Notes under the pieces: generated by a model
Told to the model about the DNA's origin: nothing
What the model saw: the letters and a program-made list of their open reading frames with translations, nothing else
The model's database searches: none
Assembly (NCBI GenBank): GCA_963727625.1
Contig: CAVSHR010000004.1
Span: 256,001-320,000 of the forward strand
Source of the DNA: an uncultured delta proteobacterium
GTDB lineage: Bacteria > Desulfobacterota > Binatia > UBA9968
DNA: 64,000 nucleotides
Direction of reading: 5' to 3'
Translations under genes and position numbers: made by a program
In this document: piece after piece, positions 27,512 to 37,596 of the stretch
Layout: each line of letters starts with the position of its first letter
How positions within the stretch are numbered: position 1 is the stretch's first letter

Positions 27512-28489
27512 ATGACAAGCAACGAGACAAGCGATCGCGCGCTGCATCTGGCGACCCATTCCGGCTGGTACCGCTTCGAACGGCGCGGCGAGAATTGGGA
27601 ACAAGTCGACCGCGCGTTGACTTACTGGCAGATGAGCTGCATTCAGGTCGATCCTGACGATCCCACGCGCGTCTACATCGGCACGGAACACTCCGGCATG
27701 TTCGTCACCAACGACGGCGGCAAGGATTGGACGCGGGCAAACCCCAACGTGCCATGCCTGACGATGTCGTCAATGTTGGCCCTTTCCGGAAAAATCATGG
27801 TCGGCACCATGCCGGCAGCATTGTATGTCACATCGGAAGGAGGCTCATGGCAGGAAATCAAAGGCGTCCGCCAAGGCGCCATCGGCGGGAGTTTTCCGCC
27901 GAATCCCGACTTTGCGCCGCGCACGCGGGTGCTGGCTCGTGAGAAAACAACCGGTGGACGGCTCTTCGCCGGCATCGAAGTCGGCGGTATCCTGGTCAGC
28001 GACGACGAGGGACAAAACTGGTCCATGGCAAACGATGGGTTGACCGATCCCGATATTCACCGAATCTTGCCGTCGAAACAGAAAAGCGGGCTGGTCGTCA
28101 CCGCTTGCGGAGAAGGCGTCTCGCGCAGCACGGATCGCGGCTCCCTCTGGCAAACAGTAACCCCGGCAGGCGGTAGGACTTACGGCAATGCGCTTGCGGA
28201 AGACGACAACGGCAACATTTATTTGGGTATCACCCAGGATCGACCGCGTACCTGGACACGCTCGGGACGCGCACGCACGGCGATTTTCAAATCCAACGAC
28301 GGCGCCAACTGGCAGTTTTTGACCGAGAAATTGAGCGGCGGAGTGATGGACATCTGTAGCGCCGCAGCGGGTAATGGGGTGCTGATCTCAACTGCTGACG
28401 GTGAAGTAGTCAGTGTCGATCCGTCGGGCGAAACCCGCATCCTTATCCGCGGGCTGCCATGCATCACCGCGATCGCGCTCGGAGCCTAA
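27512..28489 (+). CDS. BNR/Asp-box beta-propeller protein
   Basis: Repeated SxDxGxxW motifs. Confidence 0.85.
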   Translation: MTSNETSDRALHLATHSGWYRFERRGENWEQVDRALTYWQMSCIQVDPDDPTRVYIGTEHSGMFVTNDGGKDWTRANPNVPCLTMSSMLALSGKIMVGTMPAALYVTSEGGSWQEIKGVRQGAIGGSFPPNPDFAPRTRVLAREKTTGGRLFAGIEVGGILVSDDEGQNWSMANDGLTDPDIHRILPSKQKSGLVVTACGEGVSRSTDRGSLWQTVTPAGGRTYGNALAEDDNGNIYLGITQDRPRTWTRSGRARTAIFKSNDGANWQFLTEKLSGGVMDICSAAAGNGVLISTADGEVVSVDPSGETRILIRGLPCITAIALGA

Positions 28490-28572
28490 GACAATCTGGC
28501 GCTGGGAGTTTTGTATCTCGCGTCCCCGACCTAAACTCTAGACTCTGGACGCAGGCCCCAAACTACTGCCGC

Positions 28573-29052
28573 CTACTGGGTAGGCAGGCGCTGATATTTT
28601 CCCTTGAAAAAAAGCAGTGGCCGGTCGCCGGTGGCGCTGGCGTTGACGATCTCGCCGACCACGATGGTGTGGTCACCGCCGTCGTAACACTGGGTGATTT
28701 TACATTCCACATGGGCTAGCGCGCCGTCGAGGATCGCCGCGCCGTTGCTGCCGGCGCGCCAGCGAAGATCGGCGAATTTGTCGATGCCTTTGGTCGCAAA
28801 GCGTCGCGAGATCTCTTCCTGGTCTTCACTCAGAAAATTGACAGTGAAGCCGTTTTCCAATTCAAAGCAAGCGTAACAAGTAGCGCCCTTATCGACGCTG
28901 ATCAGAACCAGCGGCGGATTGAGCGACAGGGACATAAACGCATTGGCCGTGAGCCCGTTGGGGTTGCTGTCTTTGTCCTTGGTGGTGATTACGGTGACGC
29001 CGGTGGCGAAATGGCCCATCACCCGGCGCAGCTCTTGCGGTTCCAGTGGCAT
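28573..29052 (-). CDS. Flavin reductase (HpaC/RutF family)
   Basis: MGHFATGVTVIT, SLSLNPPLV, GDHTIVVG. Confidence 0.93.
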   Translation of the reverse strand: MPLEPQELRRVMGHFATGVTVITTKDKDSNPNGLTANAFMSLSLNPPLVLISVDKGATCYACFELENGFTVNFLSEDQEEISRRFATKGIDKFADLRWRAGSNGAAILDGALAHVECKITQCYDGGDHTIVVGEIVNASATGDRPLLFFKGKYQRLPTQ

Positions 29053-29197
29053 GGTCTTTCTCGATCTAATCAAAGTTTTTCCAACAGGTACCAGAGCCCG
29101 CCTCGGGATGTCAATCACCTCGCCATTTTTGCCCTCGCCCTAGACGAGCGCGCGCGGAAAATGCTAAAGATTGTCGTAACGAAGGGAGGAATCTTCA

Positions 29198-29752
29198 ATG
29201 GCTGTACAAGAACACAAAGCGGATAATTCTTTTGACCGTTATATCGCCGAAGTCAGGGCCGCCTGGGGCGACGGCAAAGATCCTCAGTTGCCCTTTAAAG
29301 TGGCGGCGCTGATGGAAAAACTATTCAATTCGACCAGCCCGGATGATCCCTGGATGGCCGAGCTGATTCGCGACGGCAAACCCTCGCGCGAGCTCTATCG
29401 CGATCCCGAATTGGGATTTATTCAGATGGGCCATATCCACAAGCAGGGCCACGGCAACAAACCCCATGATCACGGCCCCTGCTGGGTGGTGTACGGCTCT
29501 TTCAAAGGCGTCACCGAGATCACCAAATACAAACGCACCGATGACGGCTCGCGGGAAGGCGTGGCCAAGTTGGAAAAGGAACGCCTCGATCGTCTGTCGC
29601 CCGGTGTCGTAGTGCCTTACCTCCCCGGCGATATTCACTCCACCAACGCCGTCGAAGGCCCCGGCGTAGTGTTTCGTTTCCTAAGTTACGATCTGGATAA
29701 GATCGACCGCTATCGCTACAACATGGAAAAAAGCACAGTCGTAAAGGTCTAG
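29198..29752 (+). CDS. Cysteine dioxygenase-like cupin
   Basis: PHDHGPCWVVYG...GDIHS 3-His pattern. Confidence 0.75.
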   Translation: MAVQEHKADNSFDRYIAEVRAAWGDGKDPQLPFKVAALMEKLFNSTSPDDPWMAELIRDGKPSRELYRDPELGFIQMGHIHKQGHGNKPHDHGPCWVVYGSFKGVTEITKYKRTDDGSREGVAKLEKERLDRLSPGVVVPYLPGDIHSTNAVEGPGVVFRFLSYDLDKIDRYRYNMEKSTVVKV

Positions 29753-29760
29753 CTTCTCAA

Positions 29761-29844
29761 GGATGAAGGCAAAAGGATAAAGGACGAAATGAATGACGCG
29801 GGTACACGTGCTCATGCTTATCCTTTTGCCATCTTCCGTCATCC
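29761..29844. repeat. Intergenic inverted repeat (REP-like)
   Basis: GGCAAAAGGATAA (29768-29780) / TTATCCTTTTGCC (29818-29830). Confidence 0.6.
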
Positions 29845-29865
29845 ATTTATTCAAAGAGGTCGCTG

Positions 29866-30579
29866 ATGGGCGGTGAGGAGATTTTTTTCGAGCAAATTCG
29901 TTCCGCCGGCTGTTTGTCATACATTCTGGGGTGCGCCCAGGACAAAGTCTGTGTCGTCATCGATCCCGAGCTGGACAAAGCCGACGATTACGCCGGCTTA
30001 GCCGAATTCTTTAAAGCGAAGCTTCTCTACGCCCTTGACACTCACACCCACGCCGACCACAATTCCGCTTGCAAGGTCATGCGCGAGCGCTATGGCGTAA
30101 AAGTCATCATGCACCGCGCCACCGACGCCCCTTACGTCGACTTGCCGGTCGAAGACGGCGATCAAATCAAGTTCGGCCAGCAATCGCTCAAGGTCGTCTA
30201 CACGCCGGGCCACACCCAGGATTCCATGTGCCTGCTGTTCGGGGATAGAATTTTTACCGGCGATACGCTGCTGATCGGCGGTTGCGGCCGCACCGATCTC
30301 CCCGGTGGAAGCGCGGAGTCGCAATATCAAAGCCTGCTAAAACTCAAGGCGCTCGGCGACAAGATTCGCGTCTATCCCGGCCACGACTACCGCGAAGCGG
30401 TCTCGACCCTTGGCGACGAAAAACAAAATAACGCGCGCATGCTGATCCCGACCAAAGACGAATTCATTCACTTCATGACTTCGCGCAAACCTCCCCTGCC
30501 GCGCAAGATCCAAGAAGCACTCGAGTGGAACCGCACGCCTATACAAGGCACACAGCGCGGAATGGGCGAAGGGATTTGA
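29866..30579 (+). CDS. MBL-fold persulfide dioxygenase-like (ETHE1/glyoxalase II family)
   Basis: CLSYILG, DTHTHADH, TPGHT, TGDTLLIGGCGRTD, YPGHDY. Confidence 0.85.
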   Translation: MGGEEIFFEQIRSAGCLSYILGCAQDKVCVVIDPELDKADDYAGLAEFFKAKLLYALDTHTHADHNSACKVMRERYGVKVIMHRATDAPYVDLPVEDGDQIKFGQQSLKVVYTPGHTQDSMCLLFGDRIFTGDTLLIGGCGRTDLPGGSAESQYQSLLKLKALGDKIRVYPGHDYREAVSTLGDEKQNNARMLIPTKDEFIHFMTSRKPPLPRKIQEALEWNRTPIQGTQRGMGEGI

Positions 30580-30750
30580 AGAGTTGACAGCGAGCAGTTT
30601 CCAGTCGTCAGTTCTCCGCAAAGATTCTCCGGACCCGAGATGTTGCGTACCCGGCCTTAAAGGCCTCGTTTAGCGCCCAAGGCTTTGCGCGCAATACACG
30701 GTTCTGCGTCTTACTGTTGCCTGATATCTATTGCGCTCTTGCTTCCCCAT

Positions 30751-32604
30751 ATGAATTCAGCAAATAACGACATCACCGCAGGCATCCTTGACTCAGTGCG
30801 CCGCTACTGGGGCTACACCGAGTTGCGCCCGCTCCAAGAGCAAGCCATCCATGCCGAACTGGAGCAAAGAGACTCGCTCGTGGTCATGCCGACCGGCGGC
30901 GGCAAATCGTTGTGCTATCAAGTTCCGCCCGAGCTGGCGCAGCGCACCGATGTCGTCGTCTCGCCGCTGATTTCCTTGATGAAGGATCAAGTCGACGGCC
31001 TGCGCGAATGCGGCTATCCGGCCGGAGCACTTTACAGCGGCATGCCGGCGCACGCGGTTCACGAGACCGAAGAGCAGTTTGCCGCGGGCCGTTATCGACT
31101 GCTTTTCGTCGCGCCGGAGCGTTTGCTGACGCCGCGTTTTTTACAGCTGATGGAACGGGTCCATGTGCGCGCCTTCGCCATCGACGAAGCGCACTGCATC
31201 AGCCACTGGGGCCATGATTTTCGCCCCGAATACCGCCAGCTCGCGAGTCTTAAACAGCGCTTTCCGCAAACGAGCGTGCACGCCTACACCGCCACCGCCA
31301 CCGAGCGCGTGCGCGCTGACATCGCAGCGCAATTGCGTTTGAAGAATCCGGTGACACTGGTCGGCACCTTCGACCGCTCCAACCTCGTTTACCGCGTCAT
31401 TCCGCGAGTCGACGCCCGCTCGCAGGTGCTGGAAGTTTTGCGGCGCCACCCGAAGCAGGCCGCGATCGTTTATTGCATCAGCCGCAAAGACACCGAATCG
31501 ATGGCCGCGTTCCTTCAAGCGAATCGTCTGCGTGCGGCTTACTACCATGCCGGCTTGGAAGCCGACGAGCGCCGCCGTACCCAAGATGAATTTGCATCGG
31601 AAGCACTCGACGTCGTCGCCGCCACCGTGGCCTTCGGTATGGGCATCGATCGCAGCGACGTGCGCTGTGTCATCCACGCCGCTATGCCCAAGTCTATCGA
31701 GCATTACCAACAGGAAACCGGCCGCGCCGGCCGCGATGGCTTGGAAGCCGAGTGCGTTCTCCTCTACTCCGCCGCCGATGCAATGCGCTGGGAATCTCTA
31801 GTCGAACGAAGCGCCGCCGAGGCCGGCGCCGCGCCGGAGATTATCGCCGCATCTCGCGAGCTGCTCAATCACATGCGCCGCCTCTGCTCCGGTGCACACT
31901 GCCGCCATCGCAAGCTCTCCGAATACTTCGGCCAGGCCTATACCAAAGCGAACTGTGAAGCTTGCGATGTCTGTTTGAACGAAGTCGAAGGGTTAGCCGA
32001 TGCGACGGTGATCGCGCAAAAAATCCTTTCTTGCGTCGCCCGCGCCGGTGAAAGCTTCGGCGCCGAACACATTATCGATATTCTTCTAGGCGCCAGCACC
32101 GAGCGGATTCGCCGTTGGCGTCATGAGGAACTGAGCACCCATGGTTTGATGAAAGGCACCGACCGCAAAACTCTGACGAATCTGCTTTACCAGCTAATCG
32201 ACGAGGGCCTGCTCGAAAGAACCTCGGACGAACGCCCGGTGCTGCGTCTGAACGATGCCTCACGCGAAGTCCTGCGCGGCAATCGCACCGTGAAGTTGCT
32301 CCAGCCGAAGGTGAAGGTCCGCAAAACCCGCTATGCCGAGAAATCCTGGGAAGCCGTCGACACCGGTCTTTTCGAGGTGTTGCGAAACCTGCGGCGCCGG
32401 CTCGCGGAAGAACGCGGCGTCCCCGCGTATGTCTTGTTCAATGACGCCACGTTGCGCGATATGGCCCGACACAGACCCAGTTCACGCGACGCACTACTCA
32501 GCATCCGCGGTGTTGGCGAACGCAAGCTGGCCGATCTTGGAGAACGGTTCCTGGAAGCGGTTTTCGACTATTGTCGCGAGAAGCGCTTACCGTTGGACGT
32601 GTGA
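30751..32604 (+). CDS. recQ: DNA helicase RecQ
   Basis: MPTGGGKSLCYQ, DEAHCISHWGHDFRP, QETGRAGRDG, Zn/RQC and HRDC domains. Confidence 0.95.
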   Translation: MNSANNDITAGILDSVRRYWGYTELRPLQEQAIHAELEQRDSLVVMPTGGGKSLCYQVPPELAQRTDVVVSPLISLMKDQVDGLRECGYPAGALYSGMPAHAVHETEEQFAAGRYRLLFVAPERLLTPRFLQLMERVHVRAFAIDEAHCISHWGHDFRPEYRQLASLKQRFPQTSVHAYTATATERVRADIAAQLRLKNPVTLVGTFDRSNLVYRVIPRVDARSQVLEVLRRHPKQAAIVYCISRKDTESMAAFLQANRLRAAYYHAGLEADERRRTQDEFASEALDVVAATVAFGMGIDRSDVRCVIHAAMPKSIEHYQQETGRAGRDGLEAECVLLYSAADAMRWESLVERSAAEAGAAPEIIAASRELLNHMRRLCSGAHCRHRKLSEYFGQAYTKANCEACDVCLNEVEGLADATVIAQKILSCVARAGESFGAEHIIDILLGASTERIRRWRHEELSTHGLMKGTDRKTLTNLLYQLIDEGLLERTSDERPVLRLNDASREVLRGNRTVKLLQPKVKVRKTRYAEKSWEAVDTGLFEVLRNLRRRLAEERGVPAYVLFNDATLRDMARHRPSSRDALLSIRGVGERKLADLGERFLEAVFDYCREKRLPLDV

Positions 32605-32868
32605 AGACGGCAGCTGCCATGCTTCAGGCATACATCATTGATCGATGAGGAGGAGGAACATTGCTTCGTCCGCTCTCGGAATTGAGTTACTTGTCAAACC
32701 CCGATTCTCCGCCCAACAAAAGTGGTGTTTTGCGTTGCCTAAGGTGTGCTTAAGACCAGCAGATCATTCGTCCTCTCCCCGCCGCAACACTTTACGGCTC
32801 AGGCGACGAAGTCATTGATTGGGTTTACCGGACTATCCCGCAACCGATCGCACCTCCATTCTTGTCCT

Positions 32869-35694
32869 TTATCCCTTTTTAAAATAGTACGCTTCCGGCG
32901 CCGGCTTGTAGGAGCGCGGCAGCCAGAGCGGGCGGCGCAGATTGTCCGGGCCGGGCGCCGGGCGGGTTTTGAGCAGCCATTTTTTGTAGACTTCGTGCGA
33001 CTTGTTGGTGTCGACGTAGATGTCGCCGTACTTGTCTTGCGGTCCGGGCTTGGAGACGCGGACCTTTTGGTGCCAGCAATGCTGGCCGCTGATGTAGTCG
33101 GGCTGCACCGGGAAAGTCAGGTTCTGATGCACGCCGCCGTCTTCCCAAAAGATTCGCGACGAGTCGGCATCGTCACTTTTGAACGGCTTGATGCCATGGA
33201 TCGTGCGCATCATCCACTTGCCTTGACCGACTTGTTTGAGATCGACCAGCGCCGTCGACCAGCGCTCGCCGCCCTGCTCTTCCGCCAAGCGCCAGCGGCC
33301 GAGGTGATGCGAGCAGGCGATGACGCCGGGCTTGATCCCTTCCGTGACCCAAACTTTGTCGATGAAGTAGCCGATCTCGGTGTTAATTTTTAGCAGATCT
33401 CCGGTCTTGACGTCCAAATTTTGCGCGTCTATGGAGTTGAGCCAAATCGGATTGCGATGGGAGATCTCGTATAACCACTTGGCATTTCCCGAGCGCGTGT
33501 GGATCAACGTCGGCAATCGAAAAGTCGGCAGCAGCAGCATCTCGCCGGCGTTGAGCTCGATATTCTCCAGGTGCACGTGGCTTTTGATATAACCGGGCAG
33601 CGCGTGCTCGGGCCATTTCCAATCCTTCAGCGTGCGCGAATAAAATTCGAGTTTGCGCGACGGCGTCGGAAAACCGACGCAAGCCTTGCCGTCGATTTCG
33701 ATACCGATGGCGCCGCCGTTCTTTTTGATTATGTTCGTACGCGTATCGGTCTCGGCGTCAGCCAGATCGCTCGCCTTAAGCCCGGTCTCGTGGACTTTAT
33801 AAACGTTGTCGTCGATCAGAAACGCACCGTATTTGCGCATATATTCGAGCGGCGTTAAACCCTGTTTTGCCGCAGTCTCCGGCAAGCCCGGCACGCTGTT
33901 TTCAAAGATCCAACCGTAGTAATCGTCGACGGTCATCTTTTTGCCTGGTTCGTTCGGCGACTCGAAATATTTGCGGATGCCGAGCGAGCCGTCGGGATCG
34001 ACACGCCACGAAAGCTCGATCCAGAATTCATCTTCTTCCCAAACCTGGCCGATGCCGGCGGCCTCATGAGCCTCGTAGGTGGTGTTGAATTTTTTGCCCT
34101 GCTGTTCCAACGCCACGCGCAAAATCGGCTGGCGAAAGCCAATCCAGCGCGCCGCTTGAGTCTCCTGGCTCATCAGATCGTGGCGCTCGGAACCGTGGCC
34201 CATCGGCAACACGTAGTCGGCGAACCACGCGGTCTCACTCCAGGTCGGCGTCAAGCAGGCGTGGCGCTCCACCTTGCTTTCGTCGGAGAGCATCTCGATC
34301 CAGCTCATGCCGTCGGGGTTGGTCCACACCGGGTTGTAAACCCGGGTGAAATACATCGCCAACTTGCCGCGCCCCTCCTTGAGAAAGTGCGGCAAAAGGT
34401 AGCTCATCTCGAAAAATGCGAGCGGATACTCCGGTGGAATCAGCAGCTCGTTCCAAACCTTTGACGGCGGCGGCATCAGCGGCGGCGCGGGGATATATTT
34501 ATTCGCCGCGTTGGGCGCGGTGCCGCCGACGGTTCCAACCGCGCCGGCCAGCACGGCGAGAAACTGTAGCGCGCGGGCGACCTGCCAGCCGCCCAAATTC
34601 CCCGCCGCGGTGTTGCGCCAGACATGGGAGGAAAAAGCCGAGCCGGCTTTGGCGATCTCGTGGGCGACTTCGACGATCACTTTAGAATCTATACCCGCTT
34701 CCTTGGCGGCGAATTCCGGGGTGTACTCCGCGTAAGTTTCCTTGAGGATCGCGACGAAGCTGTCAAAGGTCTGCGGCTTGTCCAAATGTTCCTCGCGCAA
34801 GAACTCTTCCCAATTGACCCACCGGCGGACAAATTCACGGTCGAAAAGATCCTCTTGCAGCAAGATATTGCACATCGCCAGCAAGACCGCGGCCTCGCTG
34901 CCGGGCCAGGAGGAGATCCAGTAATCGGCTTTTGATGCCGTGTTCGACAACCGCGTATCGATGACGCAGATTTTGGCGCCGCGCTCCTTGCCCTCGATGA
35001 TTCGTTGTGCGTGGGGATTGAAGTAGTGGCCGGCTTCTAAGTGCGAGCTCAGGAGCAGCATGAAGCGTGCGTTGGCGTGGTCCGGCGACGGCCGGTCGAT
35101 GCCGGACCAGAAGGCGTAACCGGCGCGCGCGCCGGCGGAGCAAACGTTGGTATGGCTGTTGTGGCCGTCGATGCCCCAGGAGTGAAAGATGCGTTGATGA
35201 TAGAGCAGCTCATGACCTGGCCGGCCGACGTGGTACATGATCTCGTTGCGTCGGTCTTCCTGCAGCGCCTTTCGAATGCGCGCTGCGATATCATCTAACA
35301 CTTCGTCCCAACTCACGCGCTCCCACTTGCCCTCGCCCCGATTGCCGGAGCGTTTCAGCGGATAACGAATGCGCTCGGGATCGGTGACTTGATTGAGCGT
35401 CGCCGGACCTTTAGCGCAGTTACGCCCGCGGCTGCCGGGATGCTCGGGATTTCCTTCGAAGCGGCGAATCTTGCTGGTGTCTTTCTCGACGACCGCTACC
35501 AGGCCGCAACCGGCCTCGCAGTTAAAACAAATCGTCGGAATGATCCGGCAGTGCTTTTCGACTTTGCGCGGCCACTGGGCGGTATCGTACTCCGTCCAGT
35601 CGTCCCATTTTTCCACGGGCGGATAAGCGGCCAGGCCGTTGGGGGCATCGAGCCGTTGCGCCGAGGGATTGAGCGGTGTGAGCGGGTCAGACAT
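32869..35694 (-). CDS. Mo/W-bisPGD oxidoreductase catalytic subunit (polysulfide/thiosulfate reductase-like, no Tat signal)
   Basis: CFNCEAGC...RNCAKG Fe-S motif, HTNVCS putative Cys ligand, ETAWFADYVLP, C-terminal dinucleotide-binding domain. Confidence 0.88.
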   Translation of the reverse strand: MSDPLTPLNPSAQRLDAPNGLAAYPPVEKWDDWTEYDTAQWPRKVEKHCRIIPTICFNCEAGCGLVAVVEKDTSKIRRFEGNPEHPGSRGRNCAKGPATLNQVTDPERIRYPLKRSGNRGEGKWERVSWDEVLDDIAARIRKALQEDRRNEIMYHVGRPGHELLYHQRIFHSWGIDGHNSHTNVCSAGARAGYAFWSGIDRPSPDHANARFMLLLSSHLEAGHYFNPHAQRIIEGKERGAKICVIDTRLSNTASKADYWISSWPGSEAAVLLAMCNILLQEDLFDREFVRRWVNWEEFLREEHLDKPQTFDSFVAILKETYAEYTPEFAAKEAGIDSKVIVEVAHEIAKAGSAFSSHVWRNTAAGNLGGWQVARALQFLAVLAGAVGTVGGTAPNAANKYIPAPPLMPPPSKVWNELLIPPEYPLAFFEMSYLLPHFLKEGRGKLAMYFTRVYNPVWTNPDGMSWIEMLSDESKVERHACLTPTWSETAWFADYVLPMGHGSERHDLMSQETQAARWIGFRQPILRVALEQQGKKFNTTYEAHEAAGIGQVWEEDEFWIELSWRVDPDGSLGIRKYFESPNEPGKKMTVDDYYGWIFENSVPGLPETAAKQGLTPLEYMRKYGAFLIDDNVYKVHETGLKASDLADAETDTRTNIIKKNGGAIGIEIDGKACVGFPTPSRKLEFYSRTLKDWKWPEHALPGYIKSHVHLENIELNAGEMLLLPTFRLPTLIHTRSGNAKWLYEISHRNPIWLNSIDAQNLDVKTGDLLKINTEIGYFIDKVWVTEGIKPGVIACSHHLGRWRLAEEQGGERWSTALVDLKQVGQGKWMMRTIHGIKPFKSDDADSSRIFWEDGGVHQNLTFPVQPDYISGQHCWHQKVRVSKPGPQDKYGDIYVDTNKSHEVYKKWLLKTRPAPGPDNLRRPLWLPRSYKPAPEAYYFKKG

Positions 35695-35706
35695 GATGAA
35701 TTTCCT

Positions 35707-37248
35707 TTAACTGAGCGGCACCGCTTGGCCGGCCTTGATCCAAAGATAATCGTAAAACCACAAACCGAAGAGCGCCAGCAAAGAGGCGGCGACATTCGGC
35801 AACAGCGAGCCTAGCGGCAAAAAAATCAAGATCGCCGGAGCCACGACGCCGAGGCCGACGGCGAAAAGCCAAAACGATTTCCACAGCGGTCCTTTCAACA
35901 GCAGGTCGCCGGCGCGAACCGCTTCTTCGGCGCCGTGTTTCATGAACAGCTCGCCGAAGACCATCGCCAAGCCCGCGAGCAGCGAAACCACGAGAATATT
36001 GACCAGCCAAACAAACAGCGTCGCGCTCATGAACTGATACGGCGTAACCAACTCCAGAGAACCGATCAGAATCAACGTGGCGGCTCCGGCGCTGACGGCT
36101 TTAAGCACCAGGTGCCAGAAGAGCATCGGGCTCTGCCAAAAATCGCGCCCGCGTGCCTGAGCGAAAAGAAACGCCGAATAACCGGCCGAAGCGATAGCAA
36201 AAAGCGCAGTGGCCCACATGATCCCCGGCGACACTCGCCCCAGGTCGTACATCTGATACAGCCAGACCCCGATCAATGCGCCAAAGATCATCAACACGTA
36301 ACCGCCCAACACCAACCAGGAGTTGAGGTTGGGTTTGGACAGCAAAAAGAAAAATCGCGATGGTTTCTTTAGGTCCAGCACCAGCAACGCCATGGTGGCG
36401 GCAAGGAATACCAGGGAGAGCAACGGGCTAATAAGACCGAGGAGTACGCCGTCCTGCTCGAAACCCATATTCAAAAACAGCGCCGACAAGAGCATCACGC
36501 CGGCTGAAATCGATTTGGTCCAGAGATAAGAGGCGATTTTTTTGCCCCAGGGAATCCTGTGCGGCACGTCGTACACCTCCCGAGCCACGCCAGGAATCGT
36601 GCGACCGGGAGTGCCGCTTTTGAGCGCGTAAAGATCTTCACCGGGATTTTTTTCGGCCCAGAAATGGCTTGCCTGCGGTTCCATCATGGTCGGATTCAAC
36701 AGGTCGCCTTCGACCCCGACGTAGAACAATTTGGGTCGAGTCCCCTTCTCCGCTTTGCGCACACTGACCTTTTCCAGCGCGATGCGCTTGCTTATAGCGC
36801 TTGTGGGATCGTCTAGATCACCGGAGAGAATCGCCTGGGTGGGACAGACTACTTCGCAGGCGGGTTTGTAACCCATGTCGACACGCGAGGCGTCGAAGTT
36901 GCATTTCGCCGCCGTGTTGCGCTCCGGGTCGATGTATAGAGCGTCGTAGGGACAGGCTTGCATGCAAGATTTGCAGCCGATGCAGCGCTCGTTGTCGAAG
37001 TCGACGATGCCATCGGACCGGCGAAACAGCGCCACCGTCGGGCAGATCTCGACGCACGGCGCGTCGTCGCAGTGATTGCAGCGCAGCACCGCGAAGTGAC
37101 GGCGCGCGTCGGGGTAATGACCCTTTTCGATGTACTTGACCCAAGTGCGGTTTACGCCAACCGGGATGTTATGTTCTTCTTTGCAAGCCACCGTGCAGGC
37201 GTGACAGCCGATGCAACGGTTTTGGTCGATCACGAAGCCGTAGCGCAT
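35707..37248 (-). CDS. Fused 4Fe-4S ferredoxin (NrfC/PsrB-like) + NrfD/PsrC membrane anchor
   Basis: CIGCHAC, CNHC, CIGCKSC motifs followed by multiple TM helices with DLKKPSRF. Confidence 0.9.
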   Translation of the reverse strand: MRYGFVIDQNRCIGCHACTVACKEEHNIPVGVNRTWVKYIEKGHYPDARRHFAVLRCNHCDDAPCVEICPTVALFRRSDGIVDFDNERCIGCKSCMQACPYDALYIDPERNTAAKCNFDASRVDMGYKPACEVVCPTQAILSGDLDDPTSAISKRIALEKVSVRKAEKGTRPKLFYVGVEGDLLNPTMMEPQASHFWAEKNPGEDLYALKSGTPGRTIPGVAREVYDVPHRIPWGKKIASYLWTKSISAGVMLLSALFLNMGFEQDGVLLGLISPLLSLVFLAATMALLVLDLKKPSRFFFLLSKPNLNSWLVLGGYVLMIFGALIGVWLYQMYDLGRVSPGIMWATALFAIASAGYSAFLFAQARGRDFWQSPMLFWHLVLKAVSAGAATLILIGSLELVTPYQFMSATLFVWLVNILVVSLLAGLAMVFGELFMKHGAEEAVRAGDLLLKGPLWKSFWLFAVGLGVVAPAILIFLPLGSLLPNVAASLLALFGLWFYDYLWIKAGQAVPLS

Positions 37249-37426
37249 TCCATACCTTTCTAGTCAGAAAAGTTAACTATCTGAATTTAAAGTTTAATTT
37301 TTGATAGCAGGAAAAATTGTCCGCGGTCAATTGAATTGGAAAAATAAAGCCAAAGAGGAAAGAAAAAAAATTGACTAGAGCAAACGAAAGTTGAAGTCAA
37401 AGATCCGGCGATGCCCTTGCCGGCCA

Positions 37427-37525
37427 TTTCTGTCCCTACTTGCGGGAAGATCAGGATGGGGGTGACGCTTCGATGCTACGCTCATCACCCTCTCTCTGAC
37501 TCTGCCCTATCAAGGGGTAGAGAAC
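37427..37525. repeat. Degenerate palindromic intergenic repeat (REP/CIR-like)
   Basis: Imperfect long IR AGATCAGGATGGGGGTGA / TCACCCTCTCTCTGACTCT flanked by short CCC..GGG hairpins. Confidence 0.45.
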
Positions 37526-37596
37526 CGTTCGCGCTTACCCCGTGAGAGAGTCTGCCGCCACATTGGGTTGAATCGATAACTAACGTACTACAAAGC

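Noticed and set aside
32869-35694. Formate dehydrogenase or a second selenoprotein
   Set aside because: The ORF is uninterrupted with no in-frame UGA, and it lacks the FDH C/U-H ligand motif.
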